In this document: positions 32,330 through 43,440 of the stretch, piece after piece
How positions within the stretch are numbered: the stretch's first letter is position 1
How the letters are laid out: each line of letters opens with the position of its first letter
Source of the DNA: Histomonas meleagridis 2922-C6/04-290x
Lineage: Eukaryota > Protista > Parabasalia
Assembly (NCBI GenBank): GCA_020184695.1
Contig: JAANOX010000267.1
Span: forward strand, 77,941 to 141,940
DNA length: 64,000 nucleotides
Reading direction: 5' to 3'
Position numbers and translations under genes: made by a program
Notes under the pieces: generated by a model
What the model was told of the DNA's origin: nothing
The model's input: only the letters and a program-made list of their open reading frames with translations
The model's database searches: none

Positions 32330-32641
32330 TATAATATGTAAAGAAAATTGTAATAAAATTTTACTTTTGAATTGAATATGATCGTTTGGGTCATTACAAT
32401 TGTCACTTTCGGATACCACTTTTTGTATTAGCAAAACGACTTTTTGTTCGAAACGATAGGGTGGAGAAATTGAGCTGATGAATTTACGATTCCACATCCG
32501 TAGTCATTTTCTACATTGCTCTTAAAAAAAAGAAGTAACATTCGGGTTTATGCTTAGATATAAAGATATTTGATGAAAAGGTTTGTTTATTGAATCCTGT
32601 TGACGATAAAAACCGGTTCTATCGTCGATAACGTTTTTGGA

Positions 32642-33442
32642 ATGCATTCGAAAATCCTTCTGAAGAGATCGAATAGAAATATAAAGAAAAATGAAACGCT
32701 TGAAGATGCGTTGGGCTCAATAACACATATACATATGGGGGATCTGGGAATTTCTTCTTTTGATGACGAGCAATTACATTTGTATTCAAGTGCAATTTGT
32801 CTTTATGCTTACAATAATAAACTTAAAAGTTTAAATGGTATTGAAGTATTGGATCTTCTTGAAGAAATTCAAGCTCAACATAATGAAATTTCTGAAATTC
32901 CAGAACTTGCGCCTTTTTTTCTTAAAAAACTTGATCTCAGACATAACTGTATTCAGAAAGTAAGTGGACTTAGTCAGCAACCTGTTTTACAAGAGTTATA
33001 TTTATCTTATCAAAATGTATCCAAACTAATTTTAACAGAAGGATGTTTCGCATCACAAGCTGAATCACTTTATGTTCTTGAGATGGAGTCATGTGGAATT
33101 GATGATACAACTGAAATTCAATGTTTAACAAATTTAAGGATTCTCAATCTAGCAAAGAATCAAATTTCATCTTTTGATGAACTCCAAAGACTATTCAGCC
33201 ATCTCCCGTTTCTTGAGAAGGTCGATTTACGTGGCAATCCTATCTGCAAAAGTCCGAAGTACAGAGAGCGGGTGATCGTGATGGGGAACTTCACCGAACT
33301 CGACGATAAGGAGGTCCTTCACGTCCAACGCGAGACGCTGCTGCGAATGAAGAGCAGACGAACAAAGCGTACAAGAGCACCAACGGCCTCTTCAGAAAAA
33401 GAAAATAGTCGAAATAGTTCTTTGTTTGTTAGACATGTTTAA
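32642..33442 (+). CDS. SDS22-type LRR protein, PPP1R42/LRRC67-like
   Basis: ETLEDALGSITHIHM, LYAYNNKL, LQELYLSYQ, VDLRGNPICKSPKYRERVI...ELDDKEV follow the PPP1R42 layout. ATG at 32642. Confidence 0.75.
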   Translation: MHSKILLKRSNRNIKKNETLEDALGSITHIHMGDLGISSFDDEQLHLYSSAICLYAYNNKLKSLNGIEVLDLLEEIQAQHNEISEIPELAPFFLKKLDLRHNCIQKVSGLSQQPVLQELYLSYQNVSKLILTEGCFASQAESLYVLEMESCGIDDTTEIQCLTNLRILNLAKNQISSFDELQRLFSHLPFLEKVDLRGNPICKSPKYRERVIVMGNFTELDDKEVLHVQRETLLRMKSRRTKRTRAPTASSEKENSRNSSLFVRHV

Positions 33443-33958
33443 ATATATTTTATTAAATGAAATTCAAGAAATACTATTTGTTACACTCTTATCATAAACA
33501 TTTATTCATTTTTGTTATCATTTTCCCAATGATAACAATAATTAATAATAAAGCGCATAAGGTTCAATAATTTCTATATTTTCGTTGAGTGTTACTCTAA
33601 TTTATAACGATTATGAATTTGTAAATAAAAAAAAACTTTACAAAAAAAACTCATTGCATGCAAAACCCAACAACATAAGACTACAGCAAATAGGAGCTGA
33701 TGCACCCAAATATTCCACAAACTAGGCGAGAGCACAGCCTAAGTGATGGAAAAGTTCACAACTTTTACAAATAAAACAAATTTGAAATATTGATTAATAT
33801 ATTCTACTTCATGCAGAGAGAATGTTCTAGGAAGATAAATTCTCGATGACTACTCAGAAGCAATGACCAAAGAAAACATGGCAAAGAAATTATCTCTATG
33901 ATGCAATGAAGAATTAACAATAAATTTAATCCATTCCTCAAACGAGTAAACATTCACT

Positions 33959-34420
33959 TAGGGTTGGCCCACGATTAATCGATTAATTTTTGATACGAGT
34001 CACTTTTTTTATCGATAAAAATCGATTAATAACGGTTTGAATCTCGATAAAATCGATAAACTCGATAAAAGCCACTTTTTTATCGAAAAAATCGATTTTG
34101 AAAAGTGACGTTATTTATCGATTTTTTATCGATTTCACCGAAAATTCCTGGATTGAATGAGAAGACGTTATTGGATAAAGATCCCCCTAGTTTTCATGTT
34201 ATAAGACTAAGTCAATAGGAATGATATTTATATTCTTTAGATCACGAAATTTTTGAATGGTTTTTAATCGACCAAAACCGTTTATTTATCGATAAAATCG
34301 ATTGATATCGATAAATAAACGGTTTTTATTGATGTTAAATCGAAAAAACCGTTTATCGAATTTAATCGATTAATCGAATATCGAACGATAATACGGTTAT
34401 TTATCGATTTTTATCGATAC
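33959..34420. mobile_element. Truncated non-autonomous hAT-like DNA transposon (MITE-like)
   Basis: Left end TAGGGTTGGCCCACGATTAATCG resembles hAT termini. Dense ATCGAT and AACCGT/ACGGTT subterminal motifs. Inverted match 34010-34035 vs 34394-34419 (24/26). Perfect 21-bp-arm palindrome at 34274-34326. Right TIR and TSD not found. Confidence 0.6.
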
Positions 34421-34622
34421 ACAAAAAATGAAAAAATGAGGAACAAACAACAAAATTCGATACAAAAAATGATCAATTAGATGCGAATGATAAAATGAGA
34501 CACAAAATGTGAAGTTGACATAAATTAAACGAATGAACAATTAAATGAATAAAAGAAGCACATTCCTTCATAAATAAAAACGAAAATAACAAAATAAAAA
34601 ACACAAAACATTTACAAACAAA

Positions 34623-35966
34623 TCACAGTAGCGCCTCTTTGATCATGTCTTCATCTGCCTCGCCCAAATTCTTATGGTGCTCCTCTTCAACTAACAATGG
34701 TGGTGGCGGCATCAGATCTCCTTTTTTCCATATTCTTTTCCCGCTATTTTCCGGCACCAAATCTTTATTGAACTCCGCTAATGGAAATGAGTCTGGTTCG
34801 TTCTCATCAAAGAATGTTTTTTTCCAATCATTTTTATCAAACTTAAATTGCATGTAGTTCAATACCAAGATGAAAATGATCAAAAGATCAGCAAATCTTC
34901 CCCATGCGATTGATATCCACAATTCGATATTTGGAATAAATAAATTTAGATTTAAAAGTACAAAACGATTGAAAACAAAAAACAAATAAGTAAGAAGCAG
35001 AACGTATTGCATTATATCCCTTCGATGGACTGGTGTTGTTGCTGGTTGAAATCCTGATGATCGAATAATTAGAACATATGCCTTAAGATACTCTTCACAT
35101 TTACGCAACTGGTCAATGGTGTCTTTAAAGCATATAACTAATGAAAAGATTTTGAGTGTATAATCAGCAAATAAAATGTCGCTGTTGTCGGTGTAAAGTT
35201 GTAAAAAAGTGATGCAGGAGTACGTTAAGCCAAAAATCAAGGTAAAAATAAACGGTGCGGTAGGAAATGTCGAACAATGAATGCCCCAGCCACTAGCAGC
35301 AAGGCAAAATGTGGAAAAAAGCCCTGCGTTTGAATATAAATCAAATATGTATTTCAACCAAAACCCAAATTTTCTGGTACCAAATAAAGCTTGTTGTATA
35401 ATATCAACGAGTTCAGCTATAACAGAAAAAATACAAAGCCCAAAGGTGGTGAGTAAGTAATAATGGAATTTCATAAAAACAGCGAATTGACCGGTTAATG
35501 AAATAATAGCAAAAATAAATATAAGTAAGTAAAGTAAGATTAATATTGGGTGTATGTAAAGCAAATAAAAAAGTCGTCTATCAAGAAAAGAACTACCATT
35601 TTTGAATTGGATTGTTAAATTAACATCCATACTGGTATTAGTACAAGAAATTATCACAGGCCTTAAAGTTTGTGATGAGTCAAAATTGGTTTTCCATGTA
35701 AAAGGTGGACTTGATGTATAATTATAATTGGAAATAAACATCGAACCAGTTACACAAATCTGTTTATAGTCGTATGAGGAGTTCCATATTTTGTGAGTTG
35801 TCTTGGCTTCAGTAAGTCCAATAAATAATTTTTTTGAAGATGAATTTATTAAATTTATCGTGAATGTTCCCGATTCTTGAACACCATACGAGGGAAAAAC
35901 AATCATTGGAAAACTTGATTGTTGATATTTTGTAACAATATACGAGAGAAGCGTGAAAATAATCAT
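34623..35966 (-). CDS. Signal peptide, lumenal domain and 7-TM protein (GOST/GPR107-GPR180-like)
   Basis: N-terminal hydrophobic leader, ~130-aa ectodomain ending N..S.LD.R, about 7 hydrophobic helices including LAASGWGI, Pro-rich cytosolic tail. ATG at 35966. Confidence 0.6.
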   Translation of the reverse strand: MIIFTLLSYIVTKYQQSSFPMIVFPSYGVQESGTFTINLINSSSKKLFIGLTEAKTTHKIWNSSYDYKQICVTGSMFISNYNYTSSPPFTWKTNFDSSQTLRPVIISCTNTSMDVNLTIQFKNGSSFLDRRLFYLLYIHPILILLYLLIFIFAIISLTGQFAVFMKFHYYLLTTFGLCIFSVIAELVDIIQQALFGTRKFGFWLKYIFDLYSNAGLFSTFCLAASGWGIHCSTFPTAPFIFTLIFGLTYSCITFLQLYTDNSDILFADYTLKIFSLVICFKDTIDQLRKCEEYLKAYVLIIRSSGFQPATTPVHRRDIMQYVLLLTYLFFVFNRFVLLNLNLFIPNIELWISIAWGRFADLLIIFILVLNYMQFKFDKNDWKKTFFDENEPDSFPLAEFNKDLVPENSGKRIWKKGDLMPPPPLLVEEEHHKNLGEADEDMIKEALL

Positions 35967-36271
35967 GCTCCCCCAATCGATACCTAAAATTAACGGCTTC
36001 TTCACAATTATTAAATGAATTATTTTAAAAGTGATAATTTTACCACTTTTCTTCTTTAAACTTCATTATTCAATGCTGAACAAAGCAATATTTAGCTTAT
36101 ATGGTAAAAATTTTAGCTTAAAAAACAAACGTTAATTTATATTTTAATAACCATAGGGAGAAAGCATAAATACTTTAAAAGCAAAAGTTTTTTTTTCGTT
36201 GCAACAAATTTGACATGTTACGTGAAATATAATTGAAACCGTTTAATATACGCTACATTTTTGTTCCCAAA

Positions 36272-37003
36272 ATGACAAGAATGCTGAAAAAAGTAAAGAA
36301 TGGAGCCCTTATGAGCGTCCAATTTTTAAAAGAAAAAACAGGAACAACACAAACAGAAATTGATCCTGAATTTGAGGATGCAATAGGAAAATTAAAAATC
36401 ATTCAAGAAAGATTCGAAAAATTCAAGAGTTATATTAATACCATGCTCTCTGTGATCCCCGATATTTTCGAAATTGCAAATGACATGACAAACTCTTTTG
36501 ATAATGCTGACAAATTATCAGGATCTCATTCATCCAAAATTGTAGAGTCACATCAAGCATTTTTCTCTAAATTATCAGATCTTCTTGATGAAGATATTGT
36601 TGATCCATGCCAGGAAAAGATTATGAAAAGTATCCAAGAAATTGTTGATCGAACATCTAAACTTTCAGAACTCAAAGACTCAAGACGACAAGCGCAGCTT
36701 CTTTGCGACTCATATCGTGATAAAGTTATTCGGAAGAGCAAGTCTAGTTCTGCCGAAAAAGTTGCAAAATCAAAATTAAAATACGAACGTCACCAAAAAG
36801 CAGTCAAAGAACAGACCGAAACATTCACTCGCGAAGTCAACGAAATGTGGGTGCATAGGTTTGAGCTAATGGAAAAACCAATGGAACAATTTGTTGAAAT
36901 AATCTTCAAATTTAGTCAAAAAATCTTCGAAAATATGCAAACGTTCCAAAGCGGATTTACATTAGAAGAGTTGCAAAATGAGTTCGATCCTGCCGAAAAA
37001 TGA
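36272..37003 (+). CDS. BAR/AH-domain coiled-coil protein
   Basis: LKEKTG..QTEIDPEFEDA..KL, then RRQAQLLCDSYRDKV...K..KYE; all-helical, about 243 aa. ATG at 36272. Confidence 0.65.
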   Translation: MTRMLKKVKNGALMSVQFLKEKTGTTQTEIDPEFEDAIGKLKIIQERFEKFKSYINTMLSVIPDIFEIANDMTNSFDNADKLSGSHSSKIVESHQAFFSKLSDLLDEDIVDPCQEKIMKSIQEIVDRTSKLSELKDSRRQAQLLCDSYRDKVIRKSKSSSAEKVAKSKLKYERHQKAVKEQTETFTREVNEMWVHRFELMEKPMEQFVEIIFKFSQKIFENMQTFQSGFTLEELQNEFDPAEK

Positions 37004-37422
37004 AAATCAGTTCTAAAAATTAATAAACCTTTTTTATTCGAAATATCATAAAATTTGTAACACTTGAGATGCAAGCAAATAAAAACCGAACATCAGTAAA
37101 ACACGAAACATTGGCGTGTTGAAGAAATGGGTAAAATGGAAAGCATAGTTCTCAACTTGGCGATAAGTGAGTTATCATAAAATGACCTTAAAAGAACTTT
37201 TAAATATTACATATACAACATTACTTGAATGCTATACATGAACTATAAATCATATGTGATAATCATTGAAACAACACAGAAAACAAATTCCTTTTGTTCT
37301 TTTTATATAAAAAAAAAAAAAAATAGAAACCGTTAAATCTTAACGTTTTACCTGTTTTTGTGAGGGAAATAAAATTGAGAGGAAATATTTGTCTTGGAAA
37401 TTGTCACTCAAATTCGTAACTA

Positions 37423-38706
37423 ATGGGAACAAATTACTCTCAACCACCACGTGGTTACCTCTACTCCGATAGGTCAAGACCTAACCCTAACTATGACGGT
37501 AAACCAACTCCTGAATTTGGTTCGTTTTCACAATTATTTTTCAATAATTTTGATGCTGAAAAAACATTAACATTTTTGGAAACAAAAACACGTTCATACT
37601 CAGTTCTAGATTGTTTAAAGATTTCACAAGAATTTGAAAGATTTTTACAATCTAATAAATTCTCGAAACAATCAAAAATAGCGTTTTACTCAGAGTCAAC
37701 AATAGAAGCTAATTTAGCAATAATTTGTTCCCTTATTATTGATTGCAGTATAATTTTGTCTTCACCAACATCTCAACCCATCAATGATTTTCTAAAATCA
37801 GTTAAATCTCAATCACCACACATTGTCATATGTAGTCCTCAATATGCTAAGCCTGTTCTAACCAATTTACCAAAAGCACTTTTAGTCACAACAGCCAAAT
37901 CCATTCATACATCATTCCATGACATCATTAACACAGGATTAGCTCATTCCTCTAACATCCAACCAGAGGTCACTTCCAGCCCTGGAACCATTACTTTTCT
38001 CACTCCAACTCCGGCAACAATCACATTTGATCAATCAATGATATATCTTCGAGAATGGTCCGAAAAGTTCAAACTTTGTCGTGATGCTCGAATTACATCT
38101 CTTCTTCCAATTGATGACAATCTTCATCGTCTTATTCTCTATCTATCAGTCTACAACAGATGTTGCTTTAACATTTGCAACAAACTTGAAGAAGTCAAAT
38201 CAACCGATCCAACGCATATGTTTCTGCCTCTTGATATCTTCCGTAGTCATTGCGAGTCTATTGAAAACACGATTTCCCAGAATTCTGTGCTTTACAGAGG
38301 ACGATACAACTTATCGTACTATTGGAAACGGTTTTGGATCACTTGGGGCAGCCGGACCCCCTCAACCGATAGAGCGGTTTTTAACCCCCTTTGCCTTGAT
38401 TTCGGAAGCGACATGCGTTTTGCTTTTTGTAATGAGCTCTTGACGAGAGAGGAACATGAGTTGTGGACTGTTGTGTATGGGAAGCCAATGTGCCCTGTGT
38501 TTCTTCCAGAACAATGGGGAAATGTTGGCGCATCATTGCCATGCGATGTGAGATATACAAAGTTCGGAACTGTCGGAGGAGCTGTGGGGAATGCTATTGC
38601 ATGCAATGAGGAGACGAAGAAATTGAGGAATGAAGCAGACGGAAGCGAAATTGATGTTGTCGGATTCTGGGATGAAGAAGGATCACTCGTTATTGGAGAG
38701 AAGTAA
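37423..38706 (+). CDS. Degenerate AMP-binding/acyl-CoA synthetase-like protein
   Basis: KIAFYSES..E..LAII.S, ITSLLPI, RFWITWG...P.TDRAVFNPL...FG..MRF and FGTVGG resemble eukaryotic long-chain acyl-CoA ligases. The canonical TSG(T/S)TG.PKG loop is absent. Starts MG. Confidence 0.55.
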   Translation: MGTNYSQPPRGYLYSDRSRPNPNYDGKPTPEFGSFSQLFFNNFDAEKTLTFLETKTRSYSVLDCLKISQEFERFLQSNKFSKQSKIAFYSESTIEANLAIICSLIIDCSIILSSPTSQPINDFLKSVKSQSPHIVICSPQYAKPVLTNLPKALLVTTAKSIHTSFHDIINTGLAHSSNIQPEVTSSPGTITFLTPTPATITFDQSMIYLREWSEKFKLCRDARITSLLPIDDNLHRLILYLSVYNRCCFNICNKLEEVKSTDPTHMFLPLDIFRSHCESIENTISQNSVLYRGRYNLSYYWKRFWITWGSRTPSTDRAVFNPLCLDFGSDMRFAFCNELLTREEHELWTVVYGKPMCPVFLPEQWGNVGASLPCDVRYTKFGTVGGAVGNAIACNEETKKLRNEADGSEIDVVGFWDEEGSLVIGEK

Positions 38707-39008
38707 AAATAATAAGTTTTGACTTATTTTTGGATGTGTTCGAGTAAGTGTTTATGTTTCGTGTATGCATTTGCTCAGTAAGAAATTGGTAATTTGCTCT
38801 TAAAATTAATCAAAAACGAAAAAACAAGTTAAGTGAACATTATGATGAGATGTTTCTTGAAGAATAAAATATCATAAATATCACATCAAAAAATGAATTT
38901 AAATTTTGACAATGATCTACCCATGTTATATCGCATAATATATGCAAATTTTTCGATGTTCATAAATATATATTTAAGATATTTCTATTTTTATTTTTGG
39001 AGTGAAAA

Positions 39009-40810
39009 GTGACAAATTTAAAAGTTAAAACAATTGATGATTATGCTTTTTGTAATTTTAATTGTGTTGGTTTACAAATTTTTGAACTTGAGCATTGTGA
39101 ACATATTGGAAGTCATGTATTTGAAAATACATATATAACAGGTGTATCATTACCAAAACTTAAAAGTTGTGGCTCATATATATGTAATAATTGTCAATTT
39201 ATTACTGAAATATATTTGCCAGAACTTGAAACATGTTCTGATTTTGCATTTGCTAATGTTCCAAATTTGGTTAACTTGACTCTTCCGAAACTTCAAACAA
39301 TTGGAAGTAATCCATTTATTGGATCGCAAAGATTAACAATAATAAATTTACCAAATTTGAAATATGCATCCGATAACTTTTTCTCAAATGTTAACATTAA
39401 ACATTTTGAGTTTAATAATTTGATTAGTATAGGTAATAATGCATTTACGAATGCACGTGATATTGTTGAAACAATTAATTTTCCAAATGTTACAACCATT
39501 GGTGATTATTTTTTATATGATTGTGATAAAATAACAAAAATTGAGTTACCTAAACTTGAGTCCATTGGATCATATTCATTTTTATATTGTGATAATTTAA
39601 CAAATATTTCATTACCAAAATTAAAATGTTTTAATAATGAATTAATTCGATCATGTAATAAAATCGAAACGATTTATTTTCCAGAATTAACAACGATTGG
39701 GAAATATTTTATATGTAATTGTATTAATGTTTCGAATGTTATATTACCAAAAGTTATTAATATAACAAACACAGCCTTTGTTAATTGTAGTTCGATAAAA
39801 ACATTAAATTTAAATACTATAAAATATATTGAAAATGGACCAATTGAAATTAATTGTAAATCATTAACACACATTTATATGGATTCACTTATCACGTCTC
39901 CATTATATTTATTTAGTAACATTGAAACATTGGAATATGTTTCATTACAAAATCTTAATGAAAGTAAAGGATATTTATTTGTACTAAATTAACACAAATT
40001 AATATTCCAAACATTAAATATATGAATCAATATAATTCAGGATATGAATTTTCACATTGTTCATCATTAAATTCGATAAGTTTGGAACATTTAATACGTA
40101 TTCAAGGAACAAATACATTTGAACATTGTATATCACTTGAAAGGATCAATTTAAATCATATTAGAAATATTGGCGATAATGCATTTTTAGGATGTATTAA
40201 ACTTGTGAACATTACAATAAATTCATTGTTGGCATTACCATCATCATGTTTTAAAGATTGCATTTCATTACACAGAGCAATATTTGAAAATGTAAATTAT
40301 TTCGAAGGTGATAACCAATTCTATAATTGCATATCATTAATATATATTTATCTTCCTGGTCTTAAAACAGTTTCAATTAATTCTACGAATATATTTTATA
40401 ATTGCAACAACATACAAATTATTGTTTTATCATCAACACCACCAACGGCATTTAATGATAATATCTTTCCGAATAATAATTTCAGTATTTGTTTACCTAA
40501 TGAAGACGATTATGATAATTATCGAAATAATTGCAGTGATGTCAACATTTGTAATGATAAGTTATGGAAAGGTATTAATATTGAAACAAATGATGAATTG
40601 ATAGAGAAATGCAAAGTATATACGAAATTCAAAGAACCTGAGAAATTCGATAATTTAATGTATCTCGTTTACATCGGCGTTCCATTTGTACTGATTATAA
40701 TTGTCGCACTTGTTGTTGTGTTTGTATTATATAGGAAGAAAAAGAAGGAAAAAGAAGAAATTGAAATGGTTCCACATTTGTCAATTCAAATTGTGGAAAA
40801 TATCCTTTAA
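39009..40810 (+). pseudogene. BspA-like LRR surface protein (LP.L-type repeats) split by a frameshift and lacking an in-frame ATG
   Basis: ORFs 39009-39992 and 40022-40810 are continuous in repeat register: ...KGYLF then, in another frame, CTKLTQINIPNIKYMNQ at about 39978-39982. C-terminal TM LVYIGVPFVLIIIVALVVVFVLY followed by RKKKK. Confidence 0.7.
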
Positions 40811-41280
40811 ATAAATTATCGATATATTAAATAATTTTTAAGTTTTTTATTTGTTTATTTAAATGTTAAAATATTTTTGATGTGATATATAAAATTACTT
40901 TTTTGTTTTTATTTTGTTTATTTAATAATATGTGTACGCTTATAAATTGCTCTTTGAAATTTAATAAATAAATGATATCATATGAGAATGATGATTGCTT
41001 TTTATACTGAAGAAATCAGGGCTAGATGAAAATTACATAAGAAAAAATTGCTCAACTTATCAAAAATAAAAGTTTAATTAATTAACTTTTTAGTAACCAA
41101 CTGTGAAACGTTTTCCAATATGATTACCATCAGAAATTGCATATCAATGATAACATGTTAGATATGGATATAATTTTAATTTTGTATTCTATTAATTTGT
41201 CAAATTAAAAATGCTAAATCAGAGTTTCACCAAAATTTAAAATTTACTAAAACAAATTTTCGCATTGAATAATTTCTTAA

Positions 41281-41412
41281 TTAAAACCATTGATTCAGTT
41301 TCCCTTCTCGGTAATTCCTTACTCAATTTGCGGGTGTTTTCTAGTTTGGTTGACCCTTCTCATTTAGCAAGCCTGCCTTTATCATTCTCTTCTTCTCCTG
41401 TGCGACAGTCCC
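41281..41412 (-). pseudogene. Isolated fragment of dyskerin/Cbf5 C-terminus
   Basis: Translation GTVAQEKKRMIKAGLLNEKGQPN*KTPAN*VRNY matches the conserved Cbf5 segment G..A.EKK..I..G.L.K.G.PNE.TP..W. Two stops sit where E (TAG) and W (TGA) are expected. Confidence 0.7.
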
Positions 41413-41749
41413 CTTTGTAGTATTTCAATTTTCCTTTAGGCTTATAATCAAAGTATTATTTAGTGATAATTAGGGATATAACATACATTTTATATTTTAA
41501 AATATATTTTTAAATCTAGAATATCATAAATTCATATTGTTGAAGGAATTTGTTCCTCTATGAAAATCCATCTTTTTTGAAATATTTCTGAAATACCTCA
41601 AAAATAAAATTAATATTTTTACCTTTAATATAAATTACTTGAAGTAGAAAAATGTTCTTCAAGCATTTTGTGCAACTGCTGAATAAAATTTGTTTTCAAA
41701 TTGAAAATGTCATTTTTCAGTTGAATTTTATCGTTTCTCATTTTTCAGG

Positions 41750-42535
41750 ATGTTAGACGAAGAGGTCCCAAAACCCAAAGTAGTTGCAACTCCCACACTA
41801 GCAAAATCATCTTCAGTAATCATTGAAGTTATCGTTTTTATTGGTATTATTTTCTCAGCACTCGAAGGATTTGGAAAGTCATTTCCAATTTCTGAGCAGA
41901 AAGCTAACATAATTCAAACACTTTTTGTTGTTTCCATCTTATTGTACCATATTGCCAATTTTATTTTCGAATTTATTTCTCAAGAAGAAAAAGTTCAAAT
42001 TGGAAATTATCTCCTTCTAAACAAGGATGTTCATTATGCATCAATGATCCTCTTATTCTACATGTCAGGAAAATGTCCTATTTTCTTGGTTGCTTATTAC
42101 GGCTTTTCATTTTCTATTCGCTTTATCAAATTTATCTTTGCACAACTACAAAAACTGAAAGAATCAGCAGTACAAAACACATTTGTTCAGGTAGTTACTC
42201 AAGTAATGGCTTATCCTGCTGTTGTAATGTTCCCAACTTATTTGGAAATTGCATTGACAATCCGAGTTATTTTCATTCCAATTTTCAATTTCCGATTCCT
42301 TACATTGCTTTCTGCAATAACATATGAACTTTGGATTGCATTGTATAATTATCGCATGAACGATTCACACAACAGATTTTGGAGTAACTTGTCATTAACT
42401 CTTAGAGAATATGCTGCAAAGAACCCAGAACCATTTGGTATGGCTATTGAATCATTTGTTGAAAAGTTTTCATCATTTGTCGAAAAAATTTCAGCAATTT
42501 ACCCATCAAAGGAAGTCAAAGTCCACCTACAATAA
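41750..42535 (+). CDS. Multi-pass membrane protein, TMEM33/Pom33-like
   Basis: 4-6 TM helices. DVHYASMILLFY, ...LEIAL, Y...L..NYRMN....RFWSNL pattern. Confidence 0.5.
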   Translation: MLDEEVPKPKVVATPTLAKSSSVIIEVIVFIGIIFSALEGFGKSFPISEQKANIIQTLFVVSILLYHIANFIFEFISQEEKVQIGNYLLLNKDVHYASMILLFYMSGKCPIFLVAYYGFSFSIRFIKFIFAQLQKLKESAVQNTFVQVVTQVMAYPAVVMFPTYLEIALTIRVIFIPIFNFRFLTLLSAITYELWIALYNYRMNDSHNRFWSNLSLTLREYAAKNPEPFGMAIESFVEKFSSFVEKISAIYPSKEVKVHLQ

Positions 42536-42808
42536 ACAAACATTTTTCATGCATTTTGAAAAATAAAAGCATTCCTAAATAGAAAATATGAAAAATTAAA
42601 AATTTTGTATAATTCTTCTTAAGTTAACGCAAGGATAAAACTGCGTTTAGAAATTATAAAAACTCATATTGAGGATAAAAGAACATCAAAATTGGAGAAA
42701 AAAATATTTTTTCCAAAGAATGAGCACTTTTGCTTATATTAAGATTTGAATTCAAGACGATTGCGGGTCGGAGGACGTTAAATCAAATGGGGTATTTTTA
42801 CCCTTCAA

Positions 42809-43174
42809 ATGGCGACACCTTGGCAACAAGAAGTCGAAAGGGAAAATCAAAACATTGATAAATTCCTACGCGGTATGGCTGAATACCCACCGCCAATACC
42901 GGACGCTGTTATTTCTCATATTTTATCAGAAGCAGGATTATCAACATCAGATATTAGAGTATGTAGAACTCTAAACGTTGCATGCCAAAAATTTATAAGC
43001 GATGTTTTGGAAGATTGTGCTAGTATTGCAAAACAAAGGAAGAAAAGCACGACCAAAGATAAATTGAAAAATATTGATCTCCAAGTTTCTGATCTAAAGG
43101 CTGCTTTAGAAATGCGCGATATACATGTTCACAGACCAGAATTTATTGTTTCAATACCACAAACAGAAGAATAA
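42809..43174 (+). CDS. TAF10: TFIID subunit TAF10
   Basis: FL..MAEYPPPIPDAVISHILSEAGL..SD.RV.R.L.VA.QKFISDVL.DC histone-fold signature. Confidence 0.9.
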   Translation: MATPWQQEVERENQNIDKFLRGMAEYPPPIPDAVISHILSEAGLSTSDIRVCRTLNVACQKFISDVLEDCASIAKQRKKSTTKDKLKNIDLQVSDLKAALEMRDIHVHRPEFIVSIPQTEE

Positions 43175-43440
43175 TTTTTTTTTGATAATCAATAAAACAT
43201 TTCTTACAAATTCCCAAACTACTACTTTTTGCGTTTGAATGGTAAAATTCTTATGAGAGATCCAGTCTTTAAGATAAAAGTGATATTTTATATTTGATAT
43301 GTTTTTGTTATCATAATTTGTTTTTCCCTTATTAGATCTACTTTCTTCATTAATTCATATGAAAATGTTCTTTTATTATTGATTATGATAGTTTCTTTAT
43401 AATGAAATATGATCCTTATTTTTAACGTATTTTTCAACAA

